A DNA stretch of 64,000 nucleotides, taken from contig OX597842.1 in the NCBI GenBank assembly GCA_951406725.2, positions 21,514,001 through 21,578,000 on the forward strand. The letters are read 5' to 3'. The notes below the pieces were generated by a model. That model was not told the origin of the DNA. It ran no database searches and was given only the letters and a program-made list of their open reading frames with translations. The position numbers and the translations under genes were made by a program. Positions 11,943-26,354 of this stretch are shown piece after piece (positions within the stretch are counted from its first letter, which is position 1; each line of letters opens with the position of its first letter). The stretch is from Octopus vulgaris (Eukaryota).

Positions 11943-13286
11943 TCACAATGATATGGTATTTTCCCCATTATGAACGCGTTTATGTCTACACAATTGACTA
12001 CTGAAAGAGAATAATTTACCACAGATATGACAATGATATGGTTTTTTTTCCCCTGTATGAATGCGTTTATGATCAGACAAGTGGCCACTACGAGAGAATG
12101 ATTTACCACAGATATCACAATGATATGGCCTCTCTCCTGTATGAATACGCTTGTGTTTAGTCAAGTCACTGTTTACAATGAATGATTTACCACAGTTTTC
12201 ACAATGATATGGCTTCTCTCCTGTATGAATACGTTTGTGAACAATCAAATGGCTATTTTCAGCAAATGATTTGCCACAGATATCACACTGATATGGCTTT
12301 TCCCCAGTATGAATACGTTTATGTTTAGTCAATTCACTATTACCAGAAAATAATTTACCACAGTCATCACAATGATATGGCTTCTCTCCTGTATGAACAC
12401 GCTTGTGTCGAGTCAAATCACTTTTTGCAGTGAATGATTTACCACAGATATCACAATGATATGGCTTCTCTCCTGTATGAATACGCTTGTGAATAATTAA
12501 ATTGCTATTTTCAGCAAATGATTTGCCACAGATATCACACTGATATGGCTTTTCCCCAGTATGAATACGTTTATGATCAGCCAAGTGGCCACTACGAGAG
12601 AATGATTTACCACAGATATCACAATGATATGGCTTCTCTCCAGTGTGAATACGTTTATGGACAGTCAAGTCACCATTACAAGAAAATGATTTACCACAGA
12701 TATCACAATGATATGGCTTCTCTCCTGTATGAACACCCTTGTGTTTAGTTAAAGTGCCATTTTCAGAGAATGTTTTACCACAGATATCACAATGATATGG
12801 CTTCTCTCCTGTATGAACACGTTTATGGATAGTCAAGTCACCATTACAATAAAATGATTTACCACAGATATCACAATGATATGGCTTCTCTCCTGTATGA
12901 ACACCCTTGTGTTTAGTTAAAGTGCCATTTTCAGAGAATGATTTACCACAGATATCACAATGATATGGTTTCTCTCCAGTGTGAACGCGCCGGTGTTTAG
13001 TTAAGCCATTACTTTGAGAGAATGTTTTACCACAGATATCACAATGATATGGCTTTTCTCCTGTATGAATACGTCTATGTCGAGTTAAAGTGCTATTTAG
13101 AGAAAATGATTCACCACATATATTACAATGATATGGCTTCTCTCCTGTATGAATACGTTTATGTCGAGTTAAAGTGCTATTTTCAGAGAATGATTTACCA
13201 CAGATATCACAATGATATGGTTTCTCTCTTGTATCAGGGTTTTTAGGTTCAGTTAAATTATTCATTATGACAGGATAATTTGTCAT
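11943..13286 (-). CDS. Poly-C2H2 zinc-finger protein A (15 tandem fingers, no KRAB/BTB/SCAN domain seen)
   Basis: Open frame from the ATG at 13286 with 15 CxxC...HxxxH repeats and TGEKPY linkers. The frame ends by frameshift, with degenerate fingers continuing to ~11730. Splice acceptor tttcag| at 13644; AATAAA on the minus strand at 11468-11473. Confidence 0.92.
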   Translation of the reverse strand: MTNYPVIMNNLTEPKNPDTREKPYHCDICGKSFSENSTLTRHKRIHTGEKPYHCNICGESFSLNSTLTRHRRIHTGEKPYHCDICGKTFSQSNGLTKHRRVHTGEKPYHCDICGKSFSENGTLTKHKGVHTGEKPYHCDICGKSFYCNGDLTIHKRVHTGEKPYHCDICGKTFSENGTLTKHKGVHTGEKPYHCDICGKSFSCNGDLTVHKRIHTGEKPYHCDICGKSFSRSGHLADHKRIHTGEKPYQCDICGKSFAENSNLIIHKRIHTGEKPYHCDICGKSFTAKSDLTRHKRVHTGEKPYHCDDCGKLFSGNSELTKHKRIHTGEKPYQCDICGKSFAENSHLIVHKRIHTGEKPYHCENCGKSFIVNSDLTKHKRIHTGERPYHCDICGKSFSRSGHLSDHKRIHTGEKKPYHCHICGKLFSFSSQLCRHKRVHNGENTISL

Positions 13287-13973
13287 ATATATCACAATAA
13301 TATTGTTTTTTCTTTTCTATGAATATGTTTGTGTCCATTTGCATCACTTTTTTTTAGAGAATAATTTAATATTAATCTTTCTTTCTTCTGTGATCTTAAT
13401 TAATACCTAAATCAACAGGTGAAAACTGTCAACTCGTTATCCTAACTTGTAAAGCAATCACCTCCTCTACATTCCAGACAAGAAAAATATTTTGCTGTTG
13501 TTTGTCATAGATTATATTTATATAGAAACGTTGATGTATAGATGAATGCTCCTTATAAATATATCATCTTCCTTTAGTTGATAAAAATATCAAAGGCACA
13601 TCTGAACGAAGTAATTTCTTTCATGTCAACATGATGTGATATTCTGAAATATAAAAAGAAACAGTAAGATAAAGAGGATAGTTAAGTGACATAGTAATTC
13701 AACATTGTAAATATTACAACATCAACACTGTCAGCCATTTAATGTCAATGTTTACAGGGGTCAGAATTCATTGAGGCATTGAAACATTGGTATACCCACA
13801 CAAGTTTACTACACACTTCACTTTTACCTTTCAGAAAAATGTTTGATTTAAGACTTCATGTTGCCCAACCGGAATTCCCTTTTCTGGACCAGCTCACTAG
13901 CTATCCAGCAGTGAAGGTCCCTGTCTTCATGTTGTCTACGATGAGCCCATGGTCAGTGCCCTACACATCATTA

Positions 13974-14681
13974 GGATCTTTTCGCTTTGACCTCAGATTT
14001 TTAAAATAATTTCTATGTAACTAAAAAATTTTAAATATCGTATACTGGTAGAATGTGTTTATAAAACATCTTTTTCTCTTGGCTTTATTGAGAAAATTCT
14101 GTTGTTTAATTTCTCGCATTTCGGCAATTTTAACCAATCAAAGACATCTATTGAGGTGAAAACGATTTCTGCCGTAAAATTTACTGGCAGCATCATATTA
14201 AAATGTCCCTGTTTTTTATGAGAAAAAAGATACCCTGTGGCTATAACCTGAGGGGTCACTCGTAATCAGAGCTGGATAACAAAATCGTTTCCTATTTAGT
14301 GTCCACCCATAATTATGATCCTAGTATCGATCTATTGCATTTCAATCTGTTTTAGTGTTGGGGGAAGGGTATCTTTTTTTCTTCAGAAATGTAAATAAAC
14401 CCAATCTGTTTCTTAAACGAATATATAATATGTAACAGGGACATTTTCATATAACGCCGCCAGGAAATGCTACGGCAGAAATCGTTTTCACCTCAATAGA
14501 CGTCATTAATTGGTTGAAATTGCAAGAAATTAAACAAATATGTTACAAACTACAGAATTTTCTGAAGAAAGCCAAGAGAAAAACATGTTTTTTAAGCACA
14601 TTCTGCTAGTATACGAAGTTTAAAATGTTTTAGTTACATAGAAATCATTTTTAAAATCTGCCGGTCAAAGTGAAAAGATCG
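13974..14681. mobile_element. GGATC-TIR MITE with an 8-bp TSD, in the putative intron of ZNF-A
   Basis: TSD catcatta at 13966-13973 and 14682-14689; long (~230 bp) imperfect inverted arms. Confidence 0.85.
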
Positions 14682-15102
14682 CATCATTACTCTCAAAGTT
14701 CAAATCACATCAAGGTCCCCTTTCATCATTTCCAAGTAGAAAAAATAAGAAGCAATCAAGTACTAGGGTCCATGTAATTCACTTATGCCTTACCGCCAAT
14801 TTTCAGGTCAAAAGCACAAAAGGTTATTGTTTTAATTATCAAAAGATTACTATCATCATCATCATCATTATTATTTTCTTCACACGGAATGGAATGAAAT
14901 ACAAAACCAACCTCGGCGGAAAGTCCTGAGTTCAAATACGGATGAGATCGACTTTGTCTTTCATCTCTTCCGGGAAAAAACCGGGACCCATGCAATCGAC
15001 TTATCGCTCGTATTAAAGATTGCTGACCCTGGGCCAGTTTTCAAATCATCATCATCATTACTATTATTAATATAACATTAGAGTAAATCTTTATCAACTT
15101 AC

Positions 15103-15560
15103 CGTTTTATCAATGCCTCATAAACAACAGGATAACATATATTAATGTGGAATTCTTCAATCGGACTCCTCACATTTTACTAATTAATTACGCTGTTTTA
15201 TTCTCACTTTACTAATTAATTTCAGTTCTATCACATGTATCAGTCGGTCATAGTATTTTGTAAGCATCAAATCAACATTTCAGTTTCAAAGTTATTAATT
15301 AAGACGAAGAAATATATTTTCCTAATTATTGTCAGGTTCCCGCATCGAAAAATAATTACTGTAACATCGAGAGGTTCACTGTGTTGTAGAAGTTACTTCC
15401 CTTCGTATGATTGTATTTCTTTAATTTTCCTAGAGATGGCTCTGCTGACGTGTTGGTTCCGCTCTAGTGATTTTCTTTGTCCCATTCTGTCAATAAATTA
15501 CCTTCGAGTTTTTCCAAATTTACACCAGATTATTTTAATGAAGTCTACTCCTTTTCAGCA
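15103..15560 (-). promoter_or_regulatory. Putative 5' non-coding exon and promoter region of ZNF-A
   Basis: Donor-like ...gataaaacg|gtaagttg at 15103/15102. The block is conserved upstream of all ZNF copies (donors at 23853, 33301 and the orphan at 9532). No transcript evidence. Confidence 0.45.
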
Positions 15561-16410
15561 CATAAATTGGATCTTTTCCTTTTGAACGGCAGACAATTTC
15601 TAGTTAACTAAACACTTTAAAACTTCGTATATTGGTAGAATGTGTCAAAATAAAACATTATTTTCTCTTGGCTTTCTTGAGAAAATTGTAATTTGTTGGT
15701 TTAACGTAGTTTAATTTTTCGAATTTATATCAATCGATTGCTTCTATTTAGCTAAAATCATTTGCTGCGTCTAAAACTGAGACATCCTGTCACTGATCCT
15801 AACCCTAACACTAAATGGATCTTTTCCTTTTGATCTGCACTTTTCAACACAATTTTTAGTTAATTAAACACTTTAAAATTTCGTATACTGGTAGAATGCG
15901 TCAAAATAGAACGCCTTTTTCTCTTGACTTTCTCGACAAAATTGTAATTTGTTTGTTTAACGTAGTTTAATTTTTCGAATTTTAACCAATCCTATGCTCT
16001 CTTTTGAGCTAAAATCATTTGCTGCGTCTAAAACTGAAACAACATCCGGTAACTAACCCTAAACCTCCCCCCTAACCCTCAATTTTTTCTTTCTTAATTG
16101 TTAAATTAATTTAATTGTTACGAGTGTAAAAAAAACTAAAGCAATGGAATTAAATTAATTTAACAAGTAAGAGAAAAAATTTAGGGTTAGGGATAGGGGG
16201 GAGGTTTAAGGTTAGTGACAGGATGTTGTCTCAGTTTTAGTCGCAGCAAATGATTTTAGTTGAATGGAGGTAATCGATTGGTTAAAATTGCTGAAATGCC
16301 GTTCAAAAGGAAAAGATTCCACATACGTCACAGAAACCGGTTCCATGAGCCTGGCTAGGCTTGAAAAGGGCGACAATAGCTCAAGTGAGAAGCAGAGCAA
16401 AAGAGGAGGG

Positions 16411-17013
16411 GAATCTTTTCCTTTTGAACGCCAGATGTCAACACAAATTCTAGTTAACTAAACACTTTTAAACTTCGTATACTGGTAGAATGTGTTTATA
16501 AAACAACATTTTCTCTTGGTTTTATTGAGAAAATTCTATAGTTTGTAAGATATTTCGTCTGAAAATCCAAGCAATTCGGCAATTTTAACCAATCGATTAC
16601 CTCCATTGAGCTAAAATCATTTGCTGCGTCTAAAACTGAGACAACATCCTGTCACTAACCCTCAACCCAACCTTAACCCTAATTTTTTTTTCTTAATTGT
16701 TACGCGTGTAAAAAAAAACTAAAGCAATGGACGTTTTTTTACACGTGTAAAAATTAAGAAAAACAAAATTTAGGGTTAGGATTAGTGACAGGATGTTGCC
16801 TCAGTTTCAGAGGCAGCAAATGATTTTAGCTGAATTAGAGGCGATTTATTGGTTAAAATTTGAAAAATTAAACTACGCTAAACTTACAAATTACAATTTT
16901 CTCAAGAAAGCCAAGAGAAAAAGATGTTTTATTTTGACACATTCTACCAGTATATGAAGTTTTAAAGTGTTTAGTTAACTAGCAATTGTCTGCCGTTCAA
17001 AAGGAAAAGATCC
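16411..17013. mobile_element. GGATC-TIR MITE with an 8-bp TSD
   Basis: TSD gaggaggg at 16403-16410 and 17014-17021; near-palindromic body. Confidence 0.85.
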
Positions 17014-18258
17014 GAGGAGGGACAGTGAGGTCACGAGAGAGAGAGTGGGAAGTGAAAAGAAGGTGGTGTTTGTTTTGTGTTTTTAAATTGTGTGGTAAGT
17101 AAGCTTGTTTATGAACCACATGGTTATGGGTTCAGTCCCACTGCGCGGCACCTTGAGCACGTGTATTCTACTATGGCCTCGGGCCGACCAAAGCCTTGTG
17201 AGTGGATTTGGTAGAGCGAAACTGAAAGAAGCCCCTCTTGACTGGATTCGGTGCCGATTGCACATAAGAACCACCATCTGAATCGTGGCCGATGCCAGCA
17301 CTGCCTTGACTGGCTTCTGTGCTGGTGGAATGTAAAATGCTCCAAATTCGATCATGGCCGTTGCCAGCCTTGCCTGGCACCTGTGCAGGTGGCACATAGA
17401 AAGTACCCACTACACTCATGGAGTGATTGGCGTTAGGAAGGGCATCCAGCTGTAGAAACACTGCCAACCGCCCAACCCATGCTAGCATAGAGAACGGACA
17501 TTAAACGATGATGATGATATGTATGTATGTGTGTGTATATGTTTATGTCTGTGTTTGCCCCCCCCCCCCGCCAACATCACTTGACAACCGATGCTGGTGT
17601 GTTTACGTCCCCGCCGTAACTTAGCGGTTCGGCAAAACAGACCAATAGAATAAGTACTAAGCTTACAAAGAATAAGTCCTGGGGTCAATTTGCTCGACTA
17701 TAAAGGCAGTGCTCCAGCATGGTCACAGTCAAACAAATAAAAGAGTCTATTTTCAGAGTATACACATACATAACTACAGCAAATATTGGATATTAGTTTT
17801 ACTTTTCCACACTGTAATTAGATGTTACTTTTAAAGATGCTTCCATTTTTTTGAATTTCGTAGAATTTCCCTGGGTCCTGCTTATATATAATTAGGCATA
17901 ACTACAGATGTATAGCCACCACTCCCCCTCAACTTCAGTAATTATAATCTATGCCGTTTGAAAGGTAATTGCATGAAATTTCATTAAAAAATGCACATTT
18001 TCCTGAAAGTTTCAAAGGAGAAAATGTTGGATCGTGTGTATTTTCCCAAACTCCTTTCCCCAACCCCTTGGAAAAACTTTTCCAACAAATCTTTCTATAC
18101 ATTCAATCAACAGGATCTAAGTGATTATTTGTTGAAACTTTTGTCAAAAAACATCAATTTTTCCAGAATTTATGAGGCAACAAATTCAGTGGTGTATACA
18201 CCAATATATATATTTACGAAGTCTAGACAAATATCTTCAGCTAGCAGGCCTCTGCTAC

Positions 18259-18304
18259 TCTAGACTGATGATGGGCAAGACCCAGAAACATGCATGTCTC
18301 TAGA
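18259..18304 (+). ncRNA. Type I hammerhead ribozyme motif (copy 2, segmental duplicate of 7338-7383)
   Basis: Identical core: tctaga CUGAUGA tggg-caaga-ccca GAAA cat-gc-atg UC tctaga. Confidence 0.85.
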
Positions 18305-20491
18305 TGCAGGCCTAGCTGTTGGGGGTGTTTGTCTCCCCTTCGTAAATATATAAGGACACAGGAAATGTATCAAGGCAGACAGGCAGCGTCGATGCTTCCT
18401 AGGGCTAAACAGCGGTGGTGTAATTCCCTTACAGGACTGTCACATTAGGTTGACAGTATACGACTCTATCTCTCCACCACCGTACATATCTCTATGAGAT
18501 ATTTAGAAATTTAATATTTCTGATTATGGGATAATTGTTTGATAGTTATTAAATGAAGTCTCTTTTAATAGATGCCTACATTTTTTATATTTTCTGTGAA
18601 GTTTTCATGGATCCAGCTATTAGAAATTGTTATCATGCAAAGAAATTCATCACAAAAATCATGTAAAAAACAGAAAATCACCAAAAACAAGAGCAGTAAT
18701 GATGGACCTATTCGGTTTGAACGGCAGTTTTTTAAAATAATTTCCACGTAACTAAACACTTTTAAACTTCGTATACTTGTAGAATGTGTTTATAAAACAT
18801 CTTTTTCTCTTGGCTTTCTTGAGAAAATTCTGTAGTTTGTAACATATTTGTTGGTTTTTTTCTTCATTTTCTGCAAGTTCAACCAATCAATGATGTCTAT
18901 TAAGGTGAAAACATTCTGTGCTGTATGAATATGTCCCTCGTTTAAGAAACAAATTGAGTTTATTTACATTTCTGAAGAAAAAAGATACCCTTCTGCGCTA
19001 ACCCTAACACTAAAACAGATTGAAATGCAATAGATCGATACTAGGGTCATAATTATGGGTGACAATTTCAAATGACACTGCTAGAAAAAACTGCCGATCA
19101 AACCGAAAAGATCTCAATGTTAACTTGGGAATCCAAAATTTCAGGCTTACAAGTCCAGATTCGCCTCTGAAAATTCTTAATTTACCCACAGATTGAGCCT
19201 GATTCCAAAATGGTATATGTTGAGCTACGGCCTCTTGGAGTAAAGTTGAAAAAGTGTGACGCACTGATATTCACATTTATAGTATTAGATATGCATACAT
19301 ACATACACACACACATGAATTGACGTGTGTGTGTGTATATATATCATCATCATCATTTAACGTCCGTTTTCCATGCTAGCATGGGTTGGATGGTTCGACC
19401 AGGATCTGGGAAGCCAGAAGGCTGCACCAGGCTCCAGTCTGATCTGGCAGAGCTTCTACAGCTGGATGCCCTTCCACATATATATATAAATATATATTTT
19501 TTACATACAAAACTCAAATGACTGACCACTAACTTATAGTGGTCAGTCCTTTAAATTTTGTATGAAAAAAATATTTTAATCTTCGGATTTTTTTAATATG
19601 CTAGGCCACTGGTTTTAATTGATTAATATCAGTTTCTACCCTTATTAAATTTCATATATATATATATGCTGTGTGGCAGGTAAAAAGCACCATTTGAGCA
19701 TGATCGTTACCAGCATTGCATTACTGGCACGTGAAAAAGTATTCAAGCGAAGTCATTGCCAGTGCCGCTGGACTGGTTCCTGTGCAGGTGGCACGTAAAA
19801 AACACCATTTGAGCGTGGCCATTGCCAGTACAGACTGACAGGTCCTCATGCCAGTGACATGTATAAGGACCCATTACACTCTTGGAGTGGTTGGCATTAG
19901 GAAGGGCATCAAGATGTCGAAACTCTGCCAGATCAGAAAGGAGCCTGGTGCAGCCATTTCGTTCACCAGTCCTCAGTCAAATCGTCCAACCCATGCTAGC
20001 TTGGAAGGCGGATGTTAAATGATGATGATGATGATATAAAGCACACAGCATAAAATGTAAACTGGTTAATATTAGGAGAATACATCCAAAGCAACCAAAA
20101 CAAATCAGACTGGAGCCTGGTGCAGCATTATGGCTTGCCAGCTCATGTCAAACTGTCCCACCCATGACAGCATATAAAGAAAAGCTATCGCTGAAGGATG
20201 ATGATGATGAAAATGACGACAATGATGAAAGTTAATAGACAAAACCAATTTCAGTTTAATTCAGTTTTTATTCCTTATTCCCAATTCTTTATTCTATCAT
20301 AACAAACTCCTCAAAACTCCAGCATGACCATCTTCAGAAATCAAAGTCTTTGCTGAATTTGATGTTGACATTGATGAAATTGAAGTCGATACCATGAAAT
20401 TTGAAGAGATAAAAAAAATCCCTGTCTCTTTGCAGAAAAACTAGAAGTAATTTTAGGTATGTTGTAACAAATTTTAATATTTATATAGTCA

Positions 20492-20614
<123 letters not shown>

Positions 20615-20946
20615 TCAAAGGCTTTGTTGTGTTGATATATTTCCATATATACACGGCATTCAGGTTCATATTCATGAATTTGAAGTTGATAACATCAAAT
20701 TTGAAGAGATAAAAAAAAAACGCCTTTTAGCAGAGAAAAATAGAAGTTATCGTTGTCGTGTTGTAATAAATTTCAATACTGGTACAGTTACAGTTGTGTG
20801 TGAATACTCACGTGTACTGAAGTGGCCATTTTGAAAGAATTATTCATCACAGATATCACAGTGATGTGGTTTTTTTTCCCCTCAGTATGTATATGTTTAT
20901 GATTAGTCAAGTGAGTATTATAAGAGAATGATTAACCTCAGATATC

Positions 20947-22282
20947 TCAAGGATATAATTTCTCTCCTGTATGAACGTGCTTGTGTTTAGTCAAGTGGCT
21001 ACTACAAGAGAATGATTTAACACAGATGTCACAATGATATTGCTTCTCGTTTGTATGAGTATATTTGTGACTAGTTAAAGTGCTATTTTTAGAAAATGAT
21101 TTACCACAGATATCACAATGATATGGCTTCTCTCCTGTATGAATGCGTTTATGTTTAGACAGGTGGCTGTTTTGAGAAAATGATTCACCACAGATATCAC
21201 AATGATATGGTTTCTCTCCTGTATGAACACGCTTGTGCTTATTCAAGTGACCACTTTCAATGAATGATTTGCCACAGATCTTACAATGAAATGGCTTCTC
21301 TCCTGTATGAATGCGTTTGTGTTTAGTTAAACTGCCATTTTCAGAGAATGATTTACCACAGATATCACAATGGTGATGTTTCTCTCCTGTATGAATGTGT
21401 TTATGATCAGACAAGTGGCCACTACGAGAGAATGATTTACCACAGATATCACAATGATATGGCTTCTCTCCTGTATGAACGCGCTGGTGTCGAGTCAAAT
21501 CACTTTTTGCAGTGAATGATTTACCACAGATATCACAATGATATGGCTTCTCTCCTGTATGAACACGTTTATGGACAGTCACCTCACCATTACAATAAAA
21601 TGATTTACCACAGATATCACAATGATATGGTTTCTCTCCGGTATGAATGCGTTTGTGTTTAGTTAAACTGCCATTTTCAGAGAATGCTTTACCACAGATA
21701 TCACAATGATATGGTTTTTCCCCTGTATGAATGCGTTTATGATCAGACAAGTGGCTACTACGAGAGAATGATTTACCACAGATATCACAATGATATGGTT
21801 TCTCTCCAGTGTGAACGCGCCTGTGTTTAGTTAAGCCATTACTTTGAGAGAATGTTTTACCACAGATATCACAGTGATATGGCTTCTCTCCAGTATGAAC
21901 ACATTTATGTTCAGTAGTTACCACTTCCAATGAATGATTTACCACAGGTATCACAATGATATGGTTTCTCTCCTGTGTGAACGCGCCGGTGATTAGTTAA
22001 GTGATAACTTTGAGAGAATGTTTTACCACAGATATCACAATGATATGGCTTTTCTCCTGTATGAACACGATTATGTCGAGTTAAAGTGCTATTTAGAGAA
22101 AATGATTCACCACAGATATTACAATGATATGGCTTTTCTCCTGTATGAATACACTTGTGAATAGTCAAGTGATTTCTTCGAGAGAATGATTTTCCACAGA
22201 CATCACAGAAATATGTTTTCTCTCTTGTATCAGGGTTTTTAGGTTCAGTTAAATTATTCATTATGACAGGATAATTTGTCAT
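20947..22282 (-). pseudogene. Poly-C2H2 zinc-finger gene B, frameshifted in finger 4
   Basis: Three intact fingers, then a 2-nt deletion near 21915 (aac t act gaa cat instead of aac tta act gaa cat), then 11 more fingers in another frame. A sequencing or assembly error cannot be excluded. Confidence 0.8.
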
Positions 22283-25200
22283 ATATATCACAATAATATT
22301 GTTTTTTTACTTTTCTATGAATATGTTTGTGTTCATTTGCATCACTTTTTTAAAAGAATAATTTAATGTAAATCTTTCTTTCTTCTGTGATCTTACTTAA
22401 TACCTAAATCAACAGGCGAAAACTGTCAACTCGTTTGTAAAGTTATCCAAACTTGTAAAGCAATCACCTCCTCTACATTCCAGACAAGAAAAATATTCTG
22501 CTGTTGTTTGTCATAGATTATATTTATATAGAAACGTTGATGTATAGATGAATGCTCCTTATAAATATATCATCTTCCTTTAGTTGATAAAAATATCAAA
22601 GGCACATCTGAACGAAGTAATTTCTTTCATGTCAACATGATGTGATATTCTGAAATAGAAAAAGAAGCAGTAAGATAAAGAGGATAGTTAAGTGACATAG
22701 TAATTAAACATTGTAAATATTACAACATGAACACTGTCAGCCATTCAATGTCAATGTTTACAGGGGTCAGAGTTCATTGAGGTGTTGAAACATTGGTATA
22801 CCCACACAAGTTTACTACACACTTCACCTTTACCTTTCAGAAAAATGTTTGATTTAAGACTTCATGTTGCCCAACCGGAATTCCCTTTTCTGGACCAGCT
22901 CGCTAGCTAGCCAGTAGTGAAGGTCCCTCTCTTCATGTGGTCTACCATGAGCCCATGGTCAGTTCCCTACACATCATTAGGATCTTTTCGCTTTGACCGG
23001 CAGATTTTAAAAATAATTTCTATGTAACTAAAAAATTTTAAACTTCGTATACTGGTAGAATGTGTATATAAAACATCTTTTTCTCTTGGCTTTCTCGAGA
23101 AAATTCTGTAGTTTGTAACATATTTGTTGTTTGATTTCTTGCATTTCAGCAATTTCAACCAATCAAAGAAGTCTATTGAGGTGAAAACGATTTCTGCCGT
23201 AACATATACTGGCGGCGTCATATGAAAATGTCCCTGATTTTTATGAGAAAAAAGATACCCTGTGGCTATAAACTGAGGGGTCCTCGTAAACAGAGCTGGA
23301 TAACAAAACCGTTCCCTTTTTAGTGTCCACCCAAAATTATGACCCTAGTATCGATCTATTGTTTTTCAATCTGTTTTAGGGTTAGGGTGGGTGGAAGGGT
23401 ATCTTTTTTTCTTCATAACTGTAAATAAACCCAATCTGTTTCATACGGCACAGAATGTTTTCACCTCAATAGACGTCATTGATTGGTTGAAATTGAAGAA
23501 AAAAAACAAGAAATATCTTACAAACTATAGAATTTTCTCAAGAAAACCAAGAGAAAAAGATGTTTTATAAACACACTCTACCAGTATACAAAGTTTAAAA
23601 GTGTTTAGTTACGTGGAAATTATTTTTAAAATCTGCCGTTCAAACCGAAAAGATCCCAGAGTCGATCTTGACAGAAAGTCTTGGGTTCAAATACAGCCGA
23701 GGTTGACTTTGCCGTTCATCCCTTTCAGGAAATTCTGGGGCCCGTGTAATCGACTCCCACTCGCCCTAAAAAAATTGGTGGCCCTGGGCCGAAATTTGAA
23801 ACCACCATTACGAATATTAATATAACCTTAAAGCAAATCTTCATCAACTTACCGTTTTATCAATGCCTAATTAACAACGGGAAAGAATTAATTAATGTGG
23901 AATTATTCAATCGGTTTCTTCTCATTTTACTAATTATGCCACATTACATTCATTTTTACCAACTAATTTACTTTATATCACATGTATCAGTCGGTCATAG
24001 TATTTTATAAACAACAGATCAACATTTCAGTTTGGAAATTATTAATTAAGACGAACAAATATATTTTCCTAATTATTGTCAGGTTCCCGCTTGGAAAAAT
24101 AATTACTGTAACATCGAGAGGTTCACAGAATTCTATTATTTACCTTATTATTAGTAGTATTATCAACACTATTACAGCCTGAAAGTAAATCTTTGTCAAC
24201 TTACCGTATTCACAAATAAACAGCGACTCAGTGATCGGTAATTAACCTCCCTAATTAACTTCCCTAATCAGCTATTTTGGCCTCGTGGTTGATGTGTTGT
24301 ACAAGTTGTGTCCCTTGATATGATTGTATTTCCTCAATTCTCCAATAGAGAGCGCTACTGACTCGTTGGATTCGTTCCGGTGTTTTTTTAACTTTGTCCC
24401 TTTCTGTCAATAACTCCATCTTCAAGTTTTTTTTAAATTCTCACCAGATTAATTTAACAAAGTATATTTGTATATTCTAGGATCTTTTCGGTTTGACCGG
24501 TAGTTTTCTAAATTAATTTCCACGTAACTAAACACTTTTAAACTTCGTATACTGGTAGAATGTGTTTATAAAACATCTTTTTCTCTTGGCTTTATTGAGA
24601 AAATTCTATAGTTTGTAAGATATTTGTTGTTTTTTTCTTCAATTTCAACCAATCAATGACGTCTACTAAGGTGAAAACATTCTGTGCCGTATGAATATGT
24701 CCCTCGTTTAAGAAACAGATTGGGTTTATTTACATTTCGGAAGAAAAAGATACCCTTCCCCCCACCCCTAACCCTAAAAGAGATTGAAATGCAATAGATC
24801 AATACTAGGGTCATAATTATGGGTGACAATTTCATATGACACCGCTAGAAAAAACTGCCGGTCAAACGGAAAAGATCGGAAGTCCCTTCTCTGCAGAGCA
24901 ACTCACTAAGTAGCCTGCTGTGAGGTTCCTGTCTATAGTCCTTCTGTTATAAATTTATGGCCAGTGCCCTACACAAGCATTCAGGGTCTTCACCCACACC
25001 TCGTCTTCGAACTGTACAGACACCATGCTGAGATGTCTCCCTTTTCACTAGAATATGGCTCTTTTCGAGGCAGTCTCTTCGGTTTGCCGTACCTTGGACG
25101 GTATGTTGCACCAGAAGACTACCTCCATTGTCTTCTGGCAATTTCAGCAGCACTCTCCGCCCTCATCTCTCTCCATATAGCCATCTGCTCTGGACCACAG

Positions 25201-26354
25201 TCGACCATTGAGGGGTATACATTTTCCCAATAGTTCTTGATGTCAATGGCTACCCCATTCCAGTCTCCTTCCACCCGAACATGGAAGATGCCAGCGCCAT
25301 CCATGTCGGTGACACATAAAAGCATCAACAAATCGGGGCTGTTTCCAGCCTCATGCAGCCCCTGTGCCGGTAGCACGTAAAAACACCCACTTCACTCACG
25401 GAGTCGTTGGCGTTAGGAAGGGCATCCAGCTGTAGAAACACTGCCAGATCAGACTGGAGCCTGGTGCAGCCTCCTGGCTTCCCATAGCCCAGTCGAACCA
25501 TCCAACACATGCTAGCATGGAAAATGGACAGTAAATGACGATGATGATTTCTTTCATACTAATATCTAAGCTGTATTGATTATGGATAGTTTGATATTAA
25601 TTTTAGTCCCCAAAATTTAAAATTCCATACTCCCTTATTTGGTTAGTTTTTTCCTGTTAAATACAACCAACCCCACCTGATTGTTTACTTTGTATATGGG
25701 AATTCAAAATTAGTTCCTTTATACTAATCTATAGAGAGAATGTAACCCTTTCTCTTACTCTTTTACTTGTTTCAGTCATTTGACTGCGGCCATGCTGAAG
25801 CACCGCCTTTTAATCGAGCAAATCGACCCCCGGACTTATTCTTTGTAAGCCTAGTACTTATCCTATCGGTCTCTTTTGCCGGTTGTCAAACAATGTTAGG
25901 GGAACAAACACAAACACGCACATATATATATATACACATATACGACGGGCTTCTTTCAGTTTCCGTCTACCAAATCCACTCACAAGGCTTTGGTCGGCCC
26001 GAGGCTATAGCAGAAGACATTGCCCAAGGTGCCACGCAGTGGGCCTGAACCCGGAACCATGTGGTTAGTTAACAAGCTACTTACCACACAGCCACTCCTG
26101 CGCCGAAATTATTAATTAATTTATTTATTTATTTAATATACATCTAAATAAAGTCTTATACTCATTAAGTAAGTTATATTAAAAACCTTAATGTTAAGTA
26201 CAAGCTATAAATATTGGAATTAAAAATAGGAAAATCTATTCTGGGTCTTCTCATTTCAGCCATATATAGAAGCTGGCTTTGTCAACTGCCTCCTGTATAT
26301 GCATTCATATATATGTATGTATGTATACACACAGAGAAAGAGGGAGAGAGAGAT

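Noticed and set aside
12518-13246. Plus-strand repetitive ORFs (YHRYHNDMA...)
   Set aside because: Antisense shadows of the zinc-finger array.
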